Program-made: the position numbers and the translations under genes | The notes under the pieces: generated by a model | What the model saw: only the letters and a program-made list of their open reading frames with translations | Told to the model about the DNA's origin: nothing | Databases searched by the model: none | In this document: positions 59,425 to 64,000 of the stretch, piece after piece | Numbering within the stretch: the first letter of the stretch is position 1 | How the letters are laid out: each line of letters opens with the position of its first letter | Assembly (NCBI GenBank): GCA_038245905.1 | Contig: JBBRRY010000009.1 | Location: 26,729-90,728, forward strand | Reading direction: 5' to 3' | DNA from: Thermoanaerobaculia bacterium | Lineage (GTDB): Bacteria > Acidobacteriota > Thermoanaerobaculia > UBA5066 | DNA: 64,000 bases

Positions 59425-60765
59425 TCAGTCGGGCAGAAATTCCCGCGTCAGGTTGCGGTTCACGTCCCCGCCGACGAACACGTTGTCCTCGATCCGGATG
59501 CCGCCCGACGGGATGAGGCGGTCCACGAGGGTCCAATCGAACGCCGCGCGGTGGGGCCCCTCGCGGAAGGGCTCGAGGAGCATCGGGATGAAGTAGAGCC
59601 CCGGCTCGATCGTGAAGACCATGCGCTCCTCGATGACACGCGTCGTGCGAAGCGCCGGGTGGCGCGCGGGCGGCGGCGCGATCGTGCCTTCCCGGTCGAC
59701 CTGGCGTCCCGCGACGTCGTGGACCTGGATGCCGAGGAGGTGGCCGAGGCCGTGCGGCAGGAACGGGACCGTGAGGCCCTTCTCGAATGCTTCCTCGGCC
59801 GGGATCCGGAGGACGCCGGTTTCTTCAAGGAGCGCCCCGACGCCGCGGTGGGACTCGAGGTGCAGGTCGACATACGACCTGCCCGGCCGGCTCGCCCGGC
59901 ACAGGCTCGCCTGCAACGTCTTCATGCCGTCGAGGAGGCGGACGAAAGCAAGATCGGCGCCGGGCGCGACGTACGTGCGCGTGATGTCGGACGCGTAGCC
60001 GCGCGCGGTCGCCCCCGCGTCGATGAGGAACACACGGGCCTTCGTGGACGCGCGCCCGCTCTTGCCGTGGTAGTGGAGCGTCGCCGCGTGGTGGTCGAGG
60101 CCGACGATCGAGGTGTAGGGGAGCGCCTCTTCCACGTCGCCGAGAGCGGCGAGGTAGGCGTGGTGGATCTCGATCTCAGGAGCCCCCGCGCGGAATGCAG
60201 CCTCGGCCGCGCGATGCGCGGGGGCGGCCTTCGCCGTGGCCGCGAGCAGCGCGTCGACCTCCCAGTCGCTCTTGTACGTCCGTTCCCAGTCGAGGCGCGC
60301 GACGAGCGCCTTCGGATTCAAGCCGGAAGGAACGATCCCGTGCTCCTGGGCCTCTTCGGCTGCCGCGCCCACGAATGCGGCATGCGGGCCAGGAGCGCCG
60401 ATTTCCTTCCACGCCGCGGCGGGCGTCGCGACCTCGACGACGTCGAACTCGGCACGGACGAAGTCCGGCGCGGGGGCGGGAGGCGCGTACCAGAAGTCGC
60501 GAAGCTGGACCCTCACGAGGCGCGGTCGCCGGCCCGGCGCGACGTCGAGAATGTGATTCGGGCCCTCCACGGGCGCCCAGTGCGTGAACGCCGGCGTGGA
60601 GTGAAAGGGCGCGTCGTTGTCGTCCGCGAAATACGTGAAGGGAGTCCCCGAGTGAATCAGGAGCCGGTCGAAGCCTGTTTCCTGGAGGGCGCGGGCCGTC
60701 GTCGCCGCGCGCGCGGCGACGTGTGCGGAGTAGGCGGCGAAGGGGCTGGTCGCGAGGGCGCTCAC
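59425..60765 (-). CDS. pepQ: Xaa-Pro dipeptidase (prolidase)
   Basis: LIDAGA..YASDITRT, PHGLGHLLGIQVHD, TIEPGLYF, GGIRIED. Confidence 0.92.
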   Translation of the reverse strand: MSALATSPFAAYSAHVAARAATTARALQETGFDRLLIHSGTPFTYFADDNDAPFHSTPAFTHWAPVEGPNHILDVAPGRRPRLVRVQLRDFWYAPPAPAPDFVRAEFDVVEVATPAAAWKEIGAPGPHAAFVGAAAEEAQEHGIVPSGLNPKALVARLDWERTYKSDWEVDALLAATAKAAPAHRAAEAAFRAGAPEIEIHHAYLAALGDVEEALPYTSIVGLDHHAATLHYHGKSGRASTKARVFLIDAGATARGYASDITRTYVAPGADLAFVRLLDGMKTLQASLCRASRPGRSYVDLHLESHRGVGALLEETGVLRIPAEEAFEKGLTVPFLPHGLGHLLGIQVHDVAGRQVDREGTIAPPPARHPALRTTRVIEERMVFTIEPGLYFIPMLLEPFREGPHRAAFDWTLVDRLIPSGGIRIEDNVFVGGDVNRNLTREFLPD

Positions 60766-60775
60766 TCGGGTGGCT

Positions 60776-61975
60776 TTAGGCGGGAACGGCGGCGGTCAGG
60801 CCGAGGCTCTCGGCGGCCTCGACGAGGTGCACCAGCGTTTCGTGGAGCTCGCGGCGCGTATTCTCGATCTCCACCCGGAGCTCGAGAAGGCGATGGGAGG
60901 CGGCGGCTTCCGCGCGCGTACGCGCCGCGGCGTAGTCGGCCTGCAGGACTTCGAGGCGCTGCACCGCACGGAGGCGCGCGGCCTCGAGATCGGCAAACGC
61001 CTGGTGGGCCGTGACGCGGGCCGCGTCCCGGATTCCGTCCCACCGGGCCGCGAGCTGATCGAGCGGATCGTCGCTCATTGACTGGGTGACGGTCTGGACG
61101 GTCGCGTCGAGCTTCGTGCGGGCGAGCGCCAAAGCTTCCATGACGGCGACCGAAGGCGCGCGGCGGAGACCCTTGACGAGGCCGATCTTCTCGCCGAGCC
61201 AGAGGAGGGAGAAGCTCATGTCCACCTGCCACCACGTGAAACCCTGCGCGGCCGAGCTCGGGTAGAAGTGATGATTGTTGTGCCAGCCCTCGCCCATCGT
61301 GACGAGCGCGAAGATCATGCTGTTGCGGCTCTGATCCGCGGTTGGAAACACGCGGCGCCCGAACAGGTGCATGACCGAGTTGATCGTGAACGTGCCGTGC
61401 CACAGGAGGACCGTCGACAGGAAGTAACCGTACACGAGGCCCGTCCAGCCGAAGGTCAGGTACAGGACGGTCGCGTAGACCATCGTCGCGAAGTATTGGT
61501 TCCGATCCAGCCAGCGCAGCTCGGGAAACTTCGCGAGGTCCGGAATTCGCGAATAGTCGGTCTCGTCGTACTGGCCCGACAGGATCCAGCCGATGTGGCT
61601 CCACCAGAAACCGTTCTGGACGGGGCTGTGAATGTCCTCGGGCCGGTCGGAGTACTTGTGGTGGTGCCGGTGGTTCGAGGCCCACCAGAGGACGCCCTTT
61701 TGCGCGGACGTCTGTCCGAGGAGGGCCAGCAGGAATTGCGGCACGCGCGAAAGGCGATACGCGCGGTGCGAGAAGTAGCGATGGAAGCCCGCCGTGATCG
61801 CGAACATCCGGAGGTAATACGACGCAACGCAGAGCGCGATACCCGTCCAGGAGAAGCCGAGGAGGACGACGCCGAGGACGGCCGCGACGTGGACGAGGAG
61901 AAAACCGGCGACCGCGGACGGACGCACGACATGCGGCGGGAGGGGGGCGGTCGAGGGTTCGGCCGTCTGAATCAT
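60776..61975 (-). CDS. Acyl-CoA / fatty-acid delta-9 desaturase with helical C-terminal extension
   Basis: His boxes HRYFSH, HRHHH, WHNNHH; GFWWSHIGW. Confidence 0.9.
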   Translation of the reverse strand: MIQTAEPSTAPLPPHVVRPSAVAGFLLVHVAAVLGVVLLGFSWTGIALCVASYYLRMFAITAGFHRYFSHRAYRLSRVPQFLLALLGQTSAQKGVLWWASNHRHHHKYSDRPEDIHSPVQNGFWWSHIGWILSGQYDETDYSRIPDLAKFPELRWLDRNQYFATMVYATVLYLTFGWTGLVYGYFLSTVLLWHGTFTINSVMHLFGRRVFPTADQSRNSMIFALVTMGEGWHNNHHFYPSSAAQGFTWWQVDMSFSLLWLGEKIGLVKGLRRAPSVAVMEALALARTKLDATVQTVTQSMSDDPLDQLAARWDGIRDAARVTAHQAFADLEAARLRAVQRLEVLQADYAAARTRAEAAASHRLLELRVEIENTRRELHETLVHLVEAAESLGLTAAVPA

Positions 61976-62006
61976 GCGGAATCCTAAGCTTTTGGGAGCG
62001 AAGGCG

Positions 62007-62645
62007 CTACTTCGTGGCGGGAGCCGCGGGAGCGGGGGAGGGAGACTCGGCCTTCTTCCTGTTGGCCTCCACGGTGATCAGAATGTCGACGTCGTCCGAG
62101 AGCATCGCGTTCCCGTCGACGAGGCTGTTCCAGTTCACGCCGAAATCCTTGCGGTTGACCTTTCCGACGACGTCGAATCCGACCTTCTGACCGCCGCGGC
62201 CGTCGCTCGCGAATCCGTTCGCCGTGACCGTGAGGACGACCGGCTTCGTGACGCCTCTCATCGTGAGATCGCCCGTTACGTCGTACGCATCCTTGTCCTT
62301 CGCGACGACCTTCGTCGACTTGAAGGTGATCTCCGGGAACTTCGCCGTGTCGAAGAAGTCCGGCGAGTTGAGGTGCTTGTCGCGGGTCGGGTTTCCTGTG
62401 TCGAGGCTTGCGGCGTCGATTTTCAGGTTCACCGCGCTCTCGGCCGGCTTGGCGCGGTCGAGGACGATCGTACCGTCGAATTTCGTGAAGCGGCCGCCGA
62501 CCTTCGAGACGAAGTGGCGCACCTTGAAGCCGAACTCGGTGTGAGGCTTGTCGAATGTGAATGTCTCCTTCTCGGCCCGCGCGGCAGGGGCGAGGGCGAG
62601 AACGGCGAGCGCGACGACGGGTGCGAAGCGGCGGAGTCGGGACAT
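62007..62645 (-). CDS. yceI: YceI-family secreted protein
   Basis: Signal peptide, FKVRH, RDKHL.SPDFF, GDLTMRGVTKPV, RKDFGV. Confidence 0.92.
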   Translation of the reverse strand: MSRLRRFAPVVALAVLALAPAARAEKETFTFDKPHTEFGFKVRHFVSKVGGRFTKFDGTIVLDRAKPAESAVNLKIDAASLDTGNPTRDKHLNSPDFFDTAKFPEITFKSTKVVAKDKDAYDVTGDLTMRGVTKPVVLTVTANGFASDGRGGQKVGFDVVGKVNRKDFGVNWNSLVDGNAMLSDDVDILITVEANRKKAESPSPAPAAPATK

Positions 62646-62748
62646 GGGGGACGGTCTCCTTCTTCCGGTAGATTGAGGGGGCTCGAGGCCGTTGCCTCGG
62701 CACTAGATAGTCTAGACGAGTAACCTCCCGAGGGGAAAAGAGGAGCTC

Positions 62749-63198
62749 ATGGCCGAAAAAAGTGTTCAGGTATACGCGACCCATCGCCGTTTCGACCCGT
62801 GGTATCACTTCTTCGCGTTTCCGGTGGTCGCGATCTCGTTCTTCGTCGCGCTGTGGGGCTTCATCAAGAGCTTGTCGGGAGGCTTCTCGGCATGGGCGGC
62901 CTGGAACGTAATCGTCTGGGCCGCGGCGATCGCCCTCACGTTGCTTGTGCGGACGTATCCGCTGAAGGTCCAGGACCGCATCATCCGTTTGGAGGAGCGG
63001 CTCCGCCTCGCGACGCTGCTCGACGGCCCGCTCCGTGCGCGCATCGAGGAGCTGGAGGTCCGCCAGCTCGTCGGCCTCCGCTTCGCCTCGGACGCCGAGG
63101 TGCCGGTGCTCGTGAAGGCGGCGCTCGACGAGAGACTCTCGGGCGAGGAGATCAAGAAGCGGATCCAGACCTGGAGGCCGGACTTCTTCCGCGTCTGA
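62749..63198 (+). CDS. DUF6526-like membrane protein
   Basis: H.RFDPWYHF, LKVQDRIIRLEERLR, LRFASD.E, IK..IQTWRPDFFRV; RBS AGAGGAG. Confidence 0.8.
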   Translation: MAEKSVQVYATHRRFDPWYHFFAFPVVAISFFVALWGFIKSLSGGFSAWAAWNVIVWAAAIALTLLVRTYPLKVQDRIIRLEERLRLATLLDGPLRARIEELEVRQLVGLRFASDAEVPVLVKAALDERLSGEEIKKRIQTWRPDFFRV

Positions 63199-63204
63199 CT
63201 CAGG

Positions 63205-63423
63205 GCGCGGGGACGGCGAGATTCCCACCTGCGGCCAGATCCCCAGGTTGAGGGCCGGGTAGAAAATCTGCAGCTCCTTGAAGGCCAGGTCCGGCACAGG
63301 CGCCGCCGTTGGCGCCACTCCGCGGGGCATCATCTTGGCGCTTTGTCCGAGCGCCGCGCCGGACAGAGCCAGCCCTGCGGCGCCCACGAACACCAAACAC
63401 GTTGGCCACGCGGCGTTCTTCAT
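63205..63423 (-). pseudogene. Orphan N-terminal 73 codons (RBS plus signal peptide) of a secreted protein, inverted relative to the gene body
   Basis: AGGAGG RBS, MKNAAWPTCLVFVGAAGLALSGAALG signal; beyond 63205 the frame runs antisense into the 62749-63198 gene. Confidence 0.6.
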
Positions 63424-63477
63424 CGTCGGCCTCCTGTGCTCTTTTTCGTTCTCGCGCAAGCGACCGCGACCCCGCGC
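63205..63477. repeat. Segment bounded by 8-bp inverted repeats GCGCGGGG (63205-63212) / CCCCGCGC (63470-63477)
   Basis: Perfect 8-bp IR, 10/11 when extended inward, in the same codon phase on both sides. Confidence 0.55.
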
Positions 63478-64000
63478 AACCTCGCCGGCCTCGGCGTCAA
63501 GAGCCAGGTCGAGACGTGCCTCCGCAACGGACAGCCGGTGTCTTTCATCAGCACCGTGAACGGGAAGAAAGGCGCCACGTTCACGCCGGGCGGACGGTAC
63601 GAGATCACGGGGTGCGGGTTCGGGGCGGCCCCCGGGCAGCTCTACCTCGGCGCCTACGTTTCCGGACGAGGCGGGTTCAGGATCCCGCTCGTCGTCGACT
63701 CCTGGGGTGAGCGGAACGTGAGGGCGCATCTCGACGATGCACAGAACTCGAACCCCGACGTTCCGGGGGTGACCGTGAACCTCCTACCGTCGGGGGCTGT
63801 GGACTCCAATACGATCGGATCGACCGACCCGTTGAACATGTTCGAGACGGTCAAGGAGGCCCGTTGGGTCCGTCCCGAACCGGGGTACGCCAAGGTCAGT
63901 TCGGCTTGGGGAATGCCGGCTTTCTCGGTGGACGGATCAGGCGAGAGAACACGCGTGGCGCGCAAGCTCAGGGTTAACGGGTTCTGCCCGAACATCAACA
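63478..64000 (+). CDS. Body of an IPT/TIG-like domain protein lacking its own start (3'-partial)
   Basis: Open frame NLAGLGVKSQ...YEITGCGFGAAPGQLYL...VDSWGERNV... to the window end; coding-like GC3; no RBS or promoter space upstream. Confidence 0.65.

Noticed and set aside
61984-63729. 581-aa minus-strand ORF
   Set aside because: Only 63205-63423 looks coding. The rest is antisense to the DUF6526-like gene or off-frame to yceI.

Overview
A GC-rich, gene-dense bacterial chromosomal segment with about 62 CDS and one tRNA(CAU). The VWFA-related protein, OPT transporters and MacB-type ABC cluster suggest Acidobacteriota, but this is an inference. Content is mostly housekeeping and peptide-scavenging: ppk1, ppa, an interrupted tilS-hpt-ftsH-folP-glmM block, vapBC, tricorn, M64, PA-domain and proline peptidases, two OPT transporters, two group II PLP decarboxylases, a PafA-like phosphatase divergent from DUF47-Pit, and a three-permease ABC exporter operon ending in EVE-Rrf2-pip-ubiD-MshEN. 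I saw no CRISPR array, IS element or prophage. The most interesting signals are in the DNA itself. (1) A degenerate AT-rich motif, about GATTTCTTYGAAG..GAAGAG, sits inside unrelated genes in five convergent (+ then -) clusters 6-12 kb apart. (2) A 273-bp segment (63205-63477) bounded by 8-bp inverted repeats would, if flipped, rebuild an intact in-frame secreted IPT-like gene. (3) Leaderless-type -10 boxes are common, including symmetric bidirectional ones. (4) A three-repeat Pho-box-like site lies between the phosphatase and Pit genes. All calls come from reading the sequence only, with no database searches.
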